A stretch of DNA of 63,512 bases, filler included, from Sandaracinaceae bacterium (GCA_947483975.1; 4 parts of 4 records of this genome joined end to end with filler, not necessarily neighbours in it), one strand, 5' to 3'. Positions 45,714 through 56,361 are shown, counted from the first letter of the whole stretch. The notes: generated from the letters alone by a model not told the origin. Numbers and translations: made by a program.

Positions 45714-46319
45714 GTGAACCAGGCCCGGGACGCAGAGCACGACCAGCAACTCGAGGACCGCCTTCGCGCGTACGTCCTCGCGACCGGCTGGCTCCGCGAT
45801 GCGCTAATGTCCCTGCGGGACGCCGAAATGCCGGACGCCTGGCTCGCCGCGGGCGCCGTGAGGAACATGGTCTGGGACCGCCTCCACGACCGCGTGCCCG
45901 AGCAACCCAGCGATGTCGATGTCGCGTTCTTCGACCCGCACGACCTTACCGCCGAGCGCGATGCAACCGTCACTGCGGCCTTGCGCTCGCGCCTCGCGTT
46001 GCCGTGGGAGGTGACGAACCAGGCCGCCGTGCATCGCTGGTATCCGCGCGTGTACGGCCGCGAGGTGAGCCCGCTGCGCTCGGCTGCGACCGGCATCGCG
46101 TCGTGGCCGGAGACCGCCACGGCGGTCGGCGTGCGCCTCGAGGGGGACGCGCTCGTCGTCTGCGCGCCGCTCGGGCTCGAGGATCTCTTCGAGCTGCGCT
46201 GGCGCTTCAACGAGGGCGGCTACGCGAGCCGCGAGCAGTTCGACGCGAGGACGCGCTCGAAGCGGATCACGGAGCGGTGGCCGAACGTGCAGGTGCTCAG
46301 CGCGCCGCCGGGCGCTTGA
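45714..46319 (+). CDS. DUF925-family nucleotidyltransferase
   Basis: WLAAGAVRNMVWD, DVDVAFFD, WEVTNQA, WPETATAVGVR, APLGLEDLF; start approximate. Confidence 0.88.
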   Translation: MNQARDAEHDQQLEDRLRAYVLATGWLRDALMSLRDAEMPDAWLAAGAVRNMVWDRLHDRVPEQPSDVDVAFFDPHDLTAERDATVTAALRSRLALPWEVTNQAAVHRWYPRVYGREVSPLRSAATGIASWPETATAVGVRLEGDALVVCAPLGLEDLFELRWRFNEGGYASREQFDARTRSKRITERWPNVQVLSAPPGA

Positions 46320-46432
46320 AGCAAGTCCAGAGCGTCGTGCTGCCCTGGGGAAACGAGACGGACACGAACTCAACGCCCTCGGTGTCGCGGTACGCGGAGT
46401 CTGCCGTCGGCCGGCGCGCTGGTTCCCGCTCC

Positions 46433-46915
46433 TCACCGCCGCCCAATCGCCGCGCACTCCTTGATGATCGCGGCGTCGATCTCCAGTCGCCGCTGTGCGG
46501 AGTGAACGGCATCGGCAGAGTGGTGGAGGGCGAATACCCGCTCGAGGCCGAGCCTCGGATCGCCTGTCCCCACGAAGTCGGCGTCGTGTTCGGCGCAGTG
46601 AAGGAGGTAGCCGATCTCGCCTACCCCGTCGCTCACGGACCGCCGCGCCTCGGCGACGTCCGAAGCAACGTGTTGAATCAGGTGAACCATCGCGTCAAGC
46701 GTGCTCGGGAGCTGCACACCCTGCTCTCGGAGCGCGGAGACGAACAGTTCACGCAGGTCGGCCGGCGTGTCTGCGGGCGTCGCCCCCGCGAGGAACACCA
46801 TGCTGCGGCCATCGACACCGTCGCACACGGCGTCGACGGCAATCTCCCTCAGCTTGTCGACGTCGAGATCGTCGAGAACGTACTTCGCCGCCAGGAGCTT
46901 CAGGTCGGTCATCAC
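46433..46915 (-). CDS. Hypothetical helical protein
   Basis: 160-aa ORF with protein-like composition; no recognised motif. Confidence 0.55.
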   Translation of the reverse strand: MMTDLKLLAAKYVLDDLDVDKLREIAVDAVCDGVDGRSMVFLAGATPADTPADLRELFVSALREQGVQLPSTLDAMVHLIQHVASDVAEARRSVSDGVGEIGYLLHCAEHDADFVGTGDPRLGLERVFALHHSADAVHSAQRRLEIDAAIIKECAAIGRR

Positions 46916-46980
46916 GCTCGTGCCCGCGCAGATGGTGGCACCGCGCCGCCGTCAGTCCACCGCCGGAGGAGCACCCGCGT

Positions 46981-47703
46981 TCACCCCTCGAAGCGAAACG
47001 CGCTGGCCACCACGAAGCTCCGCCCGAGAAGCAGCGCGCGATATCCAGGCCGCGCCTTCATGTGCGGGAGGAGCGACGGCAGTGCGCCGAACTCGCGGAC
47101 AACATCGGCAACCATGCGAGCTCTGCTCTCGGGCGCTCGAAGGAGAAGGCCGTCGCCGTCCGTAAGAACGCGAGACGTCGCGTCCACGAGTCCGTAGCTC
47201 CGCGCGCTACGCCAGCCGTCCGAACCGTCACGCACCCGCCGCGTCAGCGCGTCAAAGAGCGGGACGCCGCAGGACTGCGCGCGAGAGACGAAGACCGACG
47301 CCCACGGCTCGACGTAGTCCACGAGCAGCGGGTGTGCGTCGACGAGCTCGAGGTGGTCGTACGCCGCGCCGACGAAACCGGTCTCCTGCTTGTCGCTGAA
47401 GTGGATGCGGCACGGCGCGCCGGTGTCGGCCTGCACGTCCCAGTAGGTCGTTTGGCGGCGCGCGATCCTTCCCGACCCGCGCAGGTTCGCGGGCACCCTT
47501 GCCGACGGATCCTGCTCTGCGAACACTTCCGCCTCGCGCGCCTCGGGCAGGGTGCGGAGGAAGTCACCGAAGTCGCCCTGCTCGCACCAGTACTCGCCGA
47601 TGACGCCGCGGGTGGTGAACGCGCTGGTGTTGAAGCCGCGTTCGAGGTCGTTGTACCAGACCACCGCGCCCGGCCTCTCCGCCACGACCCAGAAGCCACC
47701 CGT
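46981..47703 (-). pseudogene. Probably 5'-truncated hypothetical protein
   Basis: Frame reads TGGFWVVAERPGAVVWYNDLERGFN...EYWCEQ directly after an in-frame TAG at 47704-47706, so the motif-like block begins upstream of the first usable start. Confidence 0.45.
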
Positions 47704-47848
47704 CTAGGTGACCGTCGGGCAAAGCCCCTGCGGCCCACGGTGCGGCGCTACCGCGGCTCGTGCGCGGCGACGTGGCATCGAGCCCCTGAGCGATCTGGAG
47801 GCGGCGAAGAGCGCCGAGGTCGCTTCTTTGGGCTTCCGCGAGGCCGTA

Positions 47849-47948
47849 NNNNNNNNNNNNNNNNNNNNNNNNNNNNNNNNNNNNNNNNNNNNTTAATTAA
47901 TTAANNNNNNNNNNNNNNNNNNNNNNNNNNNNNNNNNNNNNNNNNNNN
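47849..47948. other. Contig junction spacer
   Basis: N run with TTAATTAATTAA. Confidence 0.98.
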
Positions 47949-48000
47949 CACGCGAGGAGCAGCGCGTACACGCCGAGCGCCCGCGCGAGCCGCGTCGAGG

Positions 48001-48489
48001 TCACGCGGCCTTCCGAAGCGCCACGAGCTGAGCCGCCGGGAAAAAGACGAAATACGGGATCGCGAGCGCTCCGACGAGGCTCAGGATCACCGCGCCGCCG
48101 CGCCCGACCGGCCCGTAGAGCCCCGAGAGGTACGACGCCGTCAGCGCCAGCGTCGTCACGAGCGCGAGCCCGAGCACGAGCGTCACGCCGCCCGCCGCGA
48201 GCCCGACGCGCCGCGCCCACGGCGTGCCCATGAGCAGCCCCACGCCCGACGCCGCGAGCAGCGCGCCGAGCAGCGTCGCGGACACATCGATGGGCCACCA
48301 GCGCGCGGGCAGCACTCCCCACACGCAGCCGAGCAAGAGCAGCGCCGTCCCGAGGTCGATGCCGCCGAGCCACGGATGGCGGAGGCTCGCGCCCGCCGTG
48401 GTCCTCGCGGCGTCGCTCGCCGCGCCCGCGTCATTCGAGGCGTTCGTGGAGTCCTTCTGCGCCCTCTTCTTCGCGTCGGTCTTCGCCAC
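48001..48489 (-). CDS. Small membrane protein (about 4 TM helices)
   Basis: Four hydrophobic segments; YLSGLYGPVG; GTGA overlap with a downstream gene cut by the gap. Confidence 0.7.
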   Translation of the reverse strand: MAKTDAKKRAQKDSTNASNDAGAASDAARTTAGASLRHPWLGGIDLGTALLLLGCVWGVLPARWWPIDVSATLLGALLAASGVGLLMGTPWARRVGLAAGGVTLVLGLALVTTLALTASYLSGLYGPVGRGGAVILSLVGALAIPYFVFFPAAQLVALRKAA

Positions 48490-48692
48490 GGCGCGCGACC
48501 GTAGCCGAGATTCGCGGTCGGCACTACGCCGGGGCGCTGCGCGTCGTCCTGCGGAGCGCGCGCAGACGCTCGCCGAACGCGCGGCGCCGAGACCTGCTAC
48601 CGTCGACCCCCGCTACGACGGCATTCCCAGGCCATCGACGCTCCCTCCACGCTCTCTCCCGCTCTGCAGAGCGTCGCCGCCGAGGTCTCCGA

Positions 48693-49721
48693 ATGCCCAG
48701 TCCCATCGTGCTCACCGACCCTGAATTCGTCCGTCCCGAGAAGCCGAGCGCCTACTACCGCTTCGTCTGCAAGCTGATCGTCGACGAGCGCGACGTGCCC
48801 TTCTTCGGCACGATGTTGAAGATCTCGCTCGTGATGTGGTCGCTCGCGCTGCTCCTCTTTTGGCCGGGGATGTTCCGCTGGTGGATGGCGCCGCTCTACT
48901 GGATCCCGATGTTCTGGCTGCTGCCGACGTTCATCTTGATGATGCACTCCACGGCGCATCGCCGGTTCTTTCGGCGCGAGTACGACTGGGCCAACAAGAT
49001 CATCCCGTGGTTCATCGGGCCCTTCCTCGGTGAGACGCCGGAGTCGTACTTCTCGCATCACATCGGGATGCATCACCCCGAGAACAACCTCCCGACGGAC
49101 AAGAGCAGCACGATGGGGCGGCAGCGCGACAGCTTCCTCAGCTTCCTCGGCTACTACTCGCGCTTCATCCTGATCGGGCTCTACGAGACGTCCTCGTATC
49201 TGTTCCGCTCGGGGCGCCGCAAGCTCGCGCGCAACATCCTCGTCGGCGAGGGCGTGTCGATCCTCGTCGCCGGTGGGCTCGCCGTCTATTGCTGGCAAGC
49301 GAGCCTCGTCGTGTTCGTGATCCCGGCGTTCGTCGTGCGCTTTCTGATGATGGCGGGCAACTGGGGTCAGCACGCGTTCGTCGATCGCAACGACCCGAAC
49401 AACCCCTATCGCAACAGCACGACGTTCATCAACACTCCCTACAATCACCGCGCGTTCAACGACGGATATCACATCGGTCATCACGAGGATCAGCGCCGGC
49501 ACTGGACCGATATGCCGACGGAGTTCCGCGAGAACAAACAGCGCTACATCGACAACGAGTCGGCGGTGTTCCTCGGGCTCGACAACTTCTCCGTGTGGCT
49601 GCTGCTGATGCTCAAGCAGTACGCGTTCCTCGCGTCGCGCTACGTCGACCTCGGCGGGCAGAAGTCGCAGGCGCAGATCATCGCGCTCCTGCGCGAGCGG
49701 GCGCAGCGCATCCCCGCCTGA
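48693..49721 (+). CDS. Membrane fatty acid desaturase
   Basis: His boxes HSTAH, HHIGMHH, HIGHH; TM segments; GNWGQHAF. Confidence 0.92.
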   Translation: MPSPIVLTDPEFVRPEKPSAYYRFVCKLIVDERDVPFFGTMLKISLVMWSLALLLFWPGMFRWWMAPLYWIPMFWLLPTFILMMHSTAHRRFFRREYDWANKIIPWFIGPFLGETPESYFSHHIGMHHPENNLPTDKSSTMGRQRDSFLSFLGYYSRFILIGLYETSSYLFRSGRRKLARNILVGEGVSILVAGGLAVYCWQASLVVFVIPAFVVRFLMMAGNWGQHAFVDRNDPNNPYRNSTTFINTPYNHRAFNDGYHIGHHEDQRRHWTDMPTEFRENKQRYIDNESAVFLGLDNFSVWLLLMLKQYAFLASRYVDLGGQKSQAQIIALLRERAQRIPA

Positions 49722-49730
49722 GCGCGCTCC

Positions 49731-50630
49731 TCAGAAGACGCGCGCGCTCAGGTGCTCGAGGCGCGCGTCGTCCGGTGACACGACGCGCAGGCGCACTTCC
49801 TGGCCCGCGCGCCTCACCTCGACGGCGACGGTCGACGGCAGCAGCACCGGCCTGCGGAACGTGCACTCGATCGTGCGCGCCCTGGTCTGCGCGTCGACGC
49901 GCGGCAGGTCGACGCGCGCCAGCTCGAGCGCGCGCGAGAGCGTCCAGGTCCCGTGCACGATCGCCCGCGGAAAGCCGAACGGCCGCGCGAGCCAGGCGTG
50001 CTGATGGATCGGGTTGAGGTCGCCGGCGACGCTCGCGTAGCGACGCCCCATCGACCCCGGCACCTCGACGAGCGTGCGGCGCAGGAGCACGCACTCGGGC
50101 TCCGGGCGAACGGTGCGCGGCTCCGTGGACGACGCGCGCCGCTTCGCCTTCTGCAGCGCGACCGTGCGCGCGCGATAGACGAGCTCGCCCTCGACGCGCG
50201 CCTCCGTGACGAGCGTGACCTCGTCGCCCCGCGGCGTGCGCACGACGCCCTCGACGAACGCGTCGACGTCGAGCGCGAGCGCGTCGGGCAGCGCGCGGTG
50301 CTCCTCGAGCGTGTTGGACACGTGCACGAGGCCCATCGCGCGCAGGGGAAAGTCCGCATCGCCGAGCAGCTCGAGGTGCAGCGGCGCCGCGAGCAATTGC
50401 ACAGCGATCGGCGGGAGAATGCCGTCATCGGGCGCGCCGAGCAGCGCGCGAAGCCGGGTGAGCCGCTCGACCGAGAACCGCGCCCCCTTCGCCGACACGA
50501 CCCTACTCTCGCCCCCCTTCCTGCCCCCTCTCCCGCCGGGAGAGGGCTGGGGTGAGGCAGCGAGGCGCGCGCCCACCCGCCGAGGACGCAGCAGCCGCAG
50601 ATGCGCGAGCACCGTGCGCAGCGCGCTCAC
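49731..50630 (-). CDS. MaoC-like (hot-dog fold) dehydratase
   Basis: FPLRAMGLVHVSN, YASVAGDLNPIH, FGFPRAIVHG, FRRPVLLP; GTGA overlap with rarA stop. Confidence 0.88.
   Translation of the reverse strand: MSALRTVLAHLRLLRPRRVGARLAASPQPSPGGRGGRKGGESRVVSAKGARFSVERLTRLRALLGAPDDGILPPIAVQLLAAPLHLELLGDADFPLRAMGLVHVSNTLEEHRALPDALALDVDAFVEGVVRTPRGDEVTLVTEARVEGELVYRARTVALQKAKRRASSTEPRTVRPEPECVLLRRTLVEVPGSMGRRYASVAGDLNPIHQHAWLARPFGFPRAIVHGTWTLSRALELARVDLPRVDAQTRARTIECTFRRPVLLPSTVAVEVRRAGQEVRLRVVSPDDARLEHLSARVF
50521..50560 (-). repeat. Palindromic miniature repeat (CCTCACCCCAGCCCTCTCCC-GGC-GGGAGAGGG) inside the dehydratase ORF
   Basis: Hairpin CCCTCTCCC (50526-50534) / GGGAGAGGG (50538-50546); translates SPQPSPGGRG. 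Confidence 0.65.
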
Positions 50631-52000
50631 CCGCCGCCCTCTTCGTGATCGCCGGGCTTCTTTTCCTCGCGCGCGCCCTCTTCGCGTGCCGGCTCGCCCC
50701 GCAGCCGCGCGAGTCGCTCGGCGATCCGCTGCTCGTAGCCGCTCTTCTTCGGGACGTAGTAGCGCGCGCCCTCGAGCGCCTCGGGCAGATAGCCCCCGCC
50801 GCGCACGAAGCCGCCCGCGTCGTGCGGATATTGGTAGCCAGCGCCGTAGCCCTCGTTCCGCATCAGCGCCGTCGGCGCGTTGCGCAGCTTGAGCGGCACA
50901 GGCAGCGCGCCGTGCGCGGTGATGTCCGCGCGCGCCGCCTCGAACGCCGTGTAGCTCGCGTTCGACTTCGGCGCAGTCGCCAGATACGTGCAGCACTGCG
51001 CCATCGCGAAGAGCCCCTCGGGCATCCCGAGCCGGCGAAACGCGGCGTCCGCGGCGACGGCGACTTGGAGCGCGTTCGGGTCCGCGTTGCCGATGTCCTC
51101 GCTGGCGAAGATCATCATCCGGCGCAGCAAGAACATCGGGTCGTCGCCGGCCTCGAGCATGCGCATCATCCAGTAAATTGCGGCGTCCGGCTCGGTGCCG
51201 CGCAGCGACTTGATGAACGCGCTGACGACGTTGTAGTGCTCGTCGCCGCTCTTGTCGTAGAGGAGCGTGCGCTGCGCGAGGGCCTCGTCGACGATCGCCG
51301 GATCGAGCCGCTTCGCCTCGGTCGCGAGCGCGTGCTTGCCCGCCGTCTCGAGCACATCGAGCGCCCGCCGCGCGTCACCCCGCGCCCCCTCGGCGATCGC
51401 GCGGAGCGCCTCGGGGTCCACCTCCAGCCCGTAGCGCCCGAGCCCCCGCGTGCCGTCGGCGAGGGCGCGCTGCAGCAGGCGCACGAGGTCGTCCGGCGAG
51501 AGCGGCTCGAGCCGAAAGACGCGCGCCCGCGAGAGCAGCGCCGCGTTGACGGCGAAGGACGGATTCTCCGTCGTCGCGCCGATCAAAACGACCGTGCCCT
51601 TCTCGACGTGGGGAAGAAGCGCGTCCTGCTGCGCCTTGTTGAAGCGGTGGATCTCGTCGACGAAGAGGATCGTGCGCTTGCCGTAGAGCGTCTTCTGCTC
51701 TGCGGCGGCCGCGAGCACCTTGCGAAGCTCCGGCACGCCGCCGAGCACCGCGCTGAACGACACGAAGCGCGCGCGCGTCTCGTGCGCGACGACCTGCGCC
51801 AGCGTCGTCTTGCCCGTGCCCGGCGGGCCCCAGAGGAGCATCGACGGCACGCGATCGCCGCGGATCGCGCTCGCGAGCAGCTTGCCCTCGGCGAGGACGT
51901 GCTGCTGACCGACGACGTCCTCGAGGCGCACGGGGCGCATCCGGTCGGCGAGCGGAGCGCCCTCCGGGCTGCGCGCGGCGGCGTCGTCGAAGAGGTCCAT
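50627..52000 (-). CDS. rarA: Replication-associated recombination protein A (MgsA/RarA)
   Basis: [57 protein letters not shown]. Confidence 0.96.
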   Translation of the reverse strand: MDLFDDAAARSPEGAPLADRMRPVRLEDVVGQQHVLAEGKLLASAIRGDRVPSMLLWGPPGTGKTTLAQVVAHETRARFVSFSAVLGGVPELRKVLAAAAEQKTLYGKRTILFVDEIHRFNKAQQDALLPHVEKGTVVLIGATTENPSFAVNAALLSRARVFRLEPLSPDDLVRLLQRALADGTRGLGRYGLEVDPEALRAIAEGARGDARRALDVLETAGKHALATEAKRLDPAIVDEALAQRTLLYDKSGDEHYNVVSAFIKSLRGTEPDAAIYWMMRMLEAGDDPMFLLRRMMIFASEDIGNADPNALQVAVAADAAFRRLGMPEGLFAMAQCCTYLATAPKSNASYTAFEAARADITAHGALPVPLKLRNAPTALMRNEGYGAGYQYPHDAGGFVRGGGYLPEALEGARYYVPKKSGYEQRIAERLARLRGEPAREEGAREEKKPGDHEEGGG

Positions 52001-52227
52001 CGCCGTCAGCTTTCGCACGCGGTCCGCGGCGACGCGAGGCGTGCGGAAAAAGAATCGACGCTCCGCGACAGGGATGTCGCGGTCAGCCGTCGCCGATCGT
52101 GCCCGGGCCCCTCGAGCACCCCGCGATTCGTGGGGCATTCGCCACGGCACGCAGGTTGCTCAACGAATCCTCGAAACTTCTCGCGGTCGCGGACGTCTCT
52201 CGGTCGAGTGAGAAGAAAGCCAAGGTC

Positions 52228-52722
52228 ATGAACGAGTTCTTCGAGATGGTCTACGAGTACCAGCTGCTCCTCGCGAAGGAGTCGAAGCTCGCGATCCCGC
52301 TCGACGACGAGGAGCGCACGCGCCTCTTCGGGCTCGAGCGGCTGCTCTCGGGGGACGCGCCGACCCGCGACCCGCGCCGCATCATGCCGCGCGTCGCGTC
52401 GCCGCTCAGCGTGCAATTCACGCTCGCGGGGGGCTTCGGCGCGGGGCAGGTGCTCAACGCCTCGGGCGGCGGGCTCGCCTTCGCGACGAGCGTGCTCGCC
52501 CCGCTCGGCGCGCGCACGATCGTGCGCCTGGGGCTCGTGGCTTCGGGGCTCGAGTACGTGTTCCCGTGTCGCGTCGTCTGGGTCCAGCGTGACCCGCACT
52601 CGGCGCTCGGCGTGGCGTTCGACGGCGTGCCCTCGCGGACGCTGCTGCTCGCCGGCACCTCGGGCGACTGGCTCGTGCCGCCGCTCTTCGGCGCGCGCCG
52701 CACGGCGCCGATCGCGGCGTAG
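52228..52722 (+). CDS. PilZ-domain protein
   Basis: RRIMPRV (RxxxR) and NASGGG (D/NxSxxG), CRVVW, GVAF. Confidence 0.7.
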   Translation: MNEFFEMVYEYQLLLAKESKLAIPLDDEERTRLFGLERLLSGDAPTRDPRRIMPRVASPLSVQFTLAGGFGAGQVLNASGGGLAFATSVLAPLGARTIVRLGLVASGLEYVFPCRVVWVQRDPHSALGVAFDGVPSRTLLLAGTSGDWLVPPLFGARRTAPIAA

Positions 52723-52801
52723 CCCGCTGTTCTTCCGCTTCGGCGCGCTGGCTCTCTGACGCAGCGCGCTTCGGGCTTCGACGCGCGCCGCGCCTCGTCG
52801 C

Positions 52802-53734
52802 TCAGAGGCCGATCGGACCGCCCGCGCAGACGCGCGCATCGGTGCCCGCGGTGAAGATGAACGGCGGCACTCCCTCGACGTGCACGCGGTAGACGTCCCC
52901 GGGTACGAGCGGCGGCACCGGGCAGACGCGCGTGACGGGCACGCAGCCTGGGGTGCAGTCCACGCAGCCGGGGAAGTAGCGGTTCGCCATGACGGTGAGC
53001 TCTCCGCCGGGCGGCAGATCGTCGGTGTAGCGCGGGTCGAGCTGCACGGTGCAGGCGCTGTCGCTCGAGCAGCCGCCGCAAGGGTCGGTCACCTCGAGGA
53101 CATAGGCGTCGCGCCCGAGTCCGTCCTGCGTCGCGCACGCGAGCGCCACGGGGCTGCTCAGTCCGGGCAGCGCGCGATCGCCAGGGCAGAGGCTCGGCTG
53201 CGCGAAGTCCACGCACGCGGGGGGCGGCGGGACGAGCCCCGAGTCGTAGCGCACCGGCAGCGCAAAGGCGTCGCCGCCGTTGACGTTGACCGTCCAGTCG
53301 CCCTCCGCGAGCGGCGGCACCTCACACGAGACCGTCGGCGTGTTGCACGCGTCGCACGCGCAGGTGTCCGCGCAGAGCGCGGTCGTCAGGCTCAGCGTGT
53401 GCGTGCTCACGTCGACGCCGACGGCGCACTCCGAGTGAACGCAGCAGCCGCACGTCGCGAACGAGAGCGGCAGCGAGAACGCCCGCCCCGGCTGCACGAG
53501 GAACGACTCCAAGCACACATAGTCGGCGCGCACGGCGGGGCAGGACAGCCCGGCGTCCGAGCCAGCGTCGCTCATCGCCGCGTCGCTCATCGCCGCGTCG
53601 CTCAGAGCCCCGCCCGCGTCGCGCTCCGCGCCGCTGAGCCCGTAGCTCAGATAGCAGCCGCTCGAGGCGATCAGGCACGCGAGCGTGAGTCCGAGCGAGC
53701 AGACCTGTGGCACATGGCGGCGCAGTCGAGTCAT
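52802..53734 (-). CDS. Cys-rich lipoprotein with two similar domains
   Basis: Lipobox SSGC; DAAMS repeats; two units each ending CxVPPLxxG. Confidence 0.75.
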   Translation of the reverse strand: MTRLRRHVPQVCSLGLTLACLIASSGCYLSYGLSGAERDAGGALSDAAMSDAAMSDAGSDAGLSCPAVRADYVCLESFLVQPGRAFSLPLSFATCGCCVHSECAVGVDVSTHTLSLTTALCADTCACDACNTPTVSCEVPPLAEGDWTVNVNGGDAFALPVRYDSGLVPPPPACVDFAQPSLCPGDRALPGLSSPVALACATQDGLGRDAYVLEVTDPCGGCSSDSACTVQLDPRYTDDLPPGGELTVMANRYFPGCVDCTPGCVPVTRVCPVPPLVPGDVYRVHVEGVPPFIFTAGTDARVCAGGPIGL

Positions 53735-53777
53735 GCGCCGCAGCAGAGCACGCGCCGTGCCGCGCGTCCCGCGGGCT

Positions 53778-54911
53778 TCAGCGCACGATCTTCAGGCGCG
53801 TCGGCCCTTCGCCCGTCGGCGCCTTGCCGCCGCCGCTGCGCTTCCACTGCTCGATCGCGATGCCGCGCACGAGCTTGTCGGCGATGTCGTTGAACGCCTT
53901 CGCGCTCGCGCTCGCGGGTTCCGCCTGCACGATCGGCGTGCCCTTGTCGCCGCACTCGCGCACCGCCTGCTCGATCGGGATCTGCCCGAGGAGCGGCGCC
54001 TTCGCGTACTCCGCGATCTTGTCGCCGCCGCCCTTGCCGAAGAGGTCGTGCCGCACGCCGGCGGTGTCGATGAAGTAGCTCATGTTCTCGATCACCCCGA
54101 GGATCGGGATCGAGAGCTTCTCGCACATCGACACGGCCTTGTAGACGTCGATCAGCGCCACCTCTTGCGGCGTCGTCACGACCACCGCGCCGGTGACCTT
54201 CACCTTCTGCGCGAGCGTCAGCGCGACGTCGCCGGTGCCCGGCGGCAGGTCGAGCACGAGGTAGTCGAGCTTCCCCCAGTCCACGTCCTTCAAGAACTGC
54301 GTCAGCGCCGTCGAGAGCATCGGCCCGCGCCAGACGACCGCCTGCTTCGAGTCCTCGACGAGGAAGCCGATGCTCATCAGCTTCACGCCGAAGCGCTCGA
54401 GCGGGCTGATGTGCACGCCGTCGCCGCTCGTCGGGTGCCCGCCCTCGAGCCCGAACATCGTCGGCACGCTCGGCCCGTAGACGTCCGCGTCGAGCAAGCC
54501 GACGCGCGCGCCGGCGCGCTGCAGGGCGAGCGCGAGGTTCGCCGCGCAGGTGCTCTTGCCGACGCCGCCCTTGCCGCTCATCACGAGGAGCACGTTCTTC
54601 ACGCCGGGCACGGGGTCTTCGCCCGTCAGCTGTCGCGTCGAGACGTTGAGGTCCCAGGCGAGCTCGATCTCCTGCACGCCGAGCGGGAAGAGCGCCTTGC
54701 GCACCTCGGTCTCGATGCGCGCCTTGTGCGACTCGCTCGGCGCGACCAAGCGCAGGCGCAGCTTCACGCGCATCCCCGAGTCGAGCGGCTCGACCTCGAT
54801 GGCCTCGATCAGCCCGAGCTCCCCGAGGGGGCGCTCGAACGTCGGGTCGAGCACGGCAGAGAGCGCATTGCGGACGAGCTCGACGGTGGGCTTGGCGGGG
54901 CTGTTGGACAT
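53778..54911 (-). CDS. apbC: Mrp/ApbC Fe-S cluster carrier ATPase
   Basis: SGKGGVGKST, DADVYGPS, WRGPM, DLPPGTGD, VTTPQ, ENMS. Confidence 0.95.
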   Translation of the reverse strand: MSNSPAKPTVELVRNALSAVLDPTFERPLGELGLIEAIEVEPLDSGMRVKLRLRLVAPSESHKARIETEVRKALFPLGVQEIELAWDLNVSTRQLTGEDPVPGVKNVLLVMSGKGGVGKSTCAANLALALQRAGARVGLLDADVYGPSVPTMFGLEGGHPTSGDGVHISPLERFGVKLMSIGFLVEDSKQAVVWRGPMLSTALTQFLKDVDWGKLDYLVLDLPPGTGDVALTLAQKVKVTGAVVVTTPQEVALIDVYKAVSMCEKLSIPILGVIENMSYFIDTAGVRHDLFGKGGGDKIAEYAKAPLLGQIPIEQAVRECGDKGTPIVQAEPASASAKAFNDIADKLVRGIAIEQWKRSGGGKAPTGEGPTRLKIVR

Positions 54912-55032
54912 CGGCGGGCCTTGTAAGACCGCGCCTCTGGACCGTCAAGCGCGCCGCCCTCCGCGCTGCCGGTGCATTCTTGCGCACACACTTTGCCCCT
55001 CGGTGCGCGCGGCCAGTATGCTCGCGCGCGTC

Positions 55033-56361
55033 ATGGCAGCAGCCGCGAGCCGAATGCGCTCTCTCCGTCGCGTCGGCGTCCCCGCCGCGCTCTTCGCGCT
55101 CTGCGCGCTCCTCTACGTCCTCGCCCTCGGGGACCGGCGCCTCACGCCCTCCGCCGACAATCACTTCGTGCACCTCGCGATGAGCTTCCTGCAAGGGCAG
55201 CTCTCGGTGCTCGGCAACCGCGCGCCCGGCAGCAACGACTGGGCCCTCTTCGAGGGCAAGTGGTACGTGTCGTTCCCGCCGCTGCCCGCGATCGTGATCT
55301 TGCCGCTCGTGGCCATCTGGAAGACGCAGACGCTCGATCGCCTCTTCTGGGCGGTGCTCGCGGGCTTCTCGCCGGCGCTCCTCTACGTGCTCCTGCGCGC
55401 GCTCCGTGAGCGCTTCGAGAGCGGCCGGCACTGGGTCGAGGACGCGCTCCTCAGCGTGCTCTTCGCGTTCGGCACGGTGTTCTTCTTCGTCGCGGTGCAG
55501 GGCGCCGTGTGGTTCGCCGCGCACGTCGTCGCCGTCAGCCTGCTGATCCTCTATGCGCTCTTCTCGCTCGACGCGAAGCGCCCGTTCTGGGCCGGCTTGA
55601 TGCTCGGCCTCTGCTTCCTGACGCGCCCGAACACGTCGGTCGCGGTGCTGCTCTTCACGTTCGAGGCGCTCCGCGTCGCGCGCCGCGCAGACTCCCCCGC
55701 CGTGCCCGAAGGCGCGCTCGTCTACACGCGCGTCTTCGTGTGGCTGAAGGGCGTGCAGTGGCGCGTCTTCGCCAAGAGCGCCGCCATCTTCGCCGCGCCG
55801 ATCCTCGTCCTCGGCGGCGTCGCGATGTGGATGAACTACGCGCGCTTCCACGATCCCTTCGAGTTCGGGCACCGCTATCTGCAGATCATGTGGCGCGGGA
55901 GGATCGAGCGCTGGGGCCTCTTCAACTACCACTATCTCTCGAAGAACCTCGCGGTCTTCACGTCCGCGCTGCCGTGGCTGTCTGCGCGCGCGCCGTATTT
56001 GATGATGAGCCGGCACGGGCTCGCGCTCTGGGTGACGACTCCCGCGCTCCTTTGGGCGCTGTGGCCGAAGAAGCTCACCCCGACGATGGTCGCGCTCTTC
56101 TCCGCGAGCGCGGCAGTCTGCGTGTTCAACCTGCTCTATCAGAACAGCGGCTGGATCCAGTTCGGCTATCGGTTCGCGCTCGACTATATGCCGTTCTTGT
56201 TCGCGCTGATCGCGCTCTCGAAGCGCCGCTTTGGCCCGGGGTTCTGGCTGCTCGCCCTCTTCGCCATCGCGCTCAACACCTTCGGCGCGATCACCTTCGA
56301 TCGCGCGGGGCAGTTCTACGACGGCGACGCGACGCAGAACGTGATCTTCCAGCCGGACTGA
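55033..56361 (+). CDS. Multi-pass membrane protein, probable GT-C glycosyltransferase
   Basis: About 10 TM segments; YVSFPPLPA, LTRP, NYARFHDPFEFG, FGYRFALDY; start approximate. Confidence 0.65.
   Translation: MAAAASRMRSLRRVGVPAALFALCALLYVLALGDRRLTPSADNHFVHLAMSFLQGQLSVLGNRAPGSNDWALFEGKWYVSFPPLPAIVILPLVAIWKTQTLDRLFWAVLAGFSPALLYVLLRALRERFESGRHWVEDALLSVLFAFGTVFFFVAVQGAVWFAAHVVAVSLLILYALFSLDAKRPFWAGLMLGLCFLTRPNTSVAVLLFTFEALRVARRADSPAVPEGALVYTRVFVWLKGVQWRVFAKSAAIFAAPILVLGGVAMWMNYARFHDPFEFGHRYLQIMWRGRIERWGLFNYHYLSKNLAVFTSALPWLSARAPYLMMSRHGLALWVTTPALLWALWPKKLTPTMVALFSASAAVCVFNLLYQNSGWIQFGYRFALDYMPFLFALIALSKRRFGPGFWLLALFAIALNTFGAITFDRAGQFYDGDATQNVIFQPD

Noticed and set aside
46343..46351. CCCTGGGGA match to the tRNA-Glu 3' end as possible attR
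   Set aside because: Only 9 bp in GC-rich DNA; expected by chance and flanks do not match.
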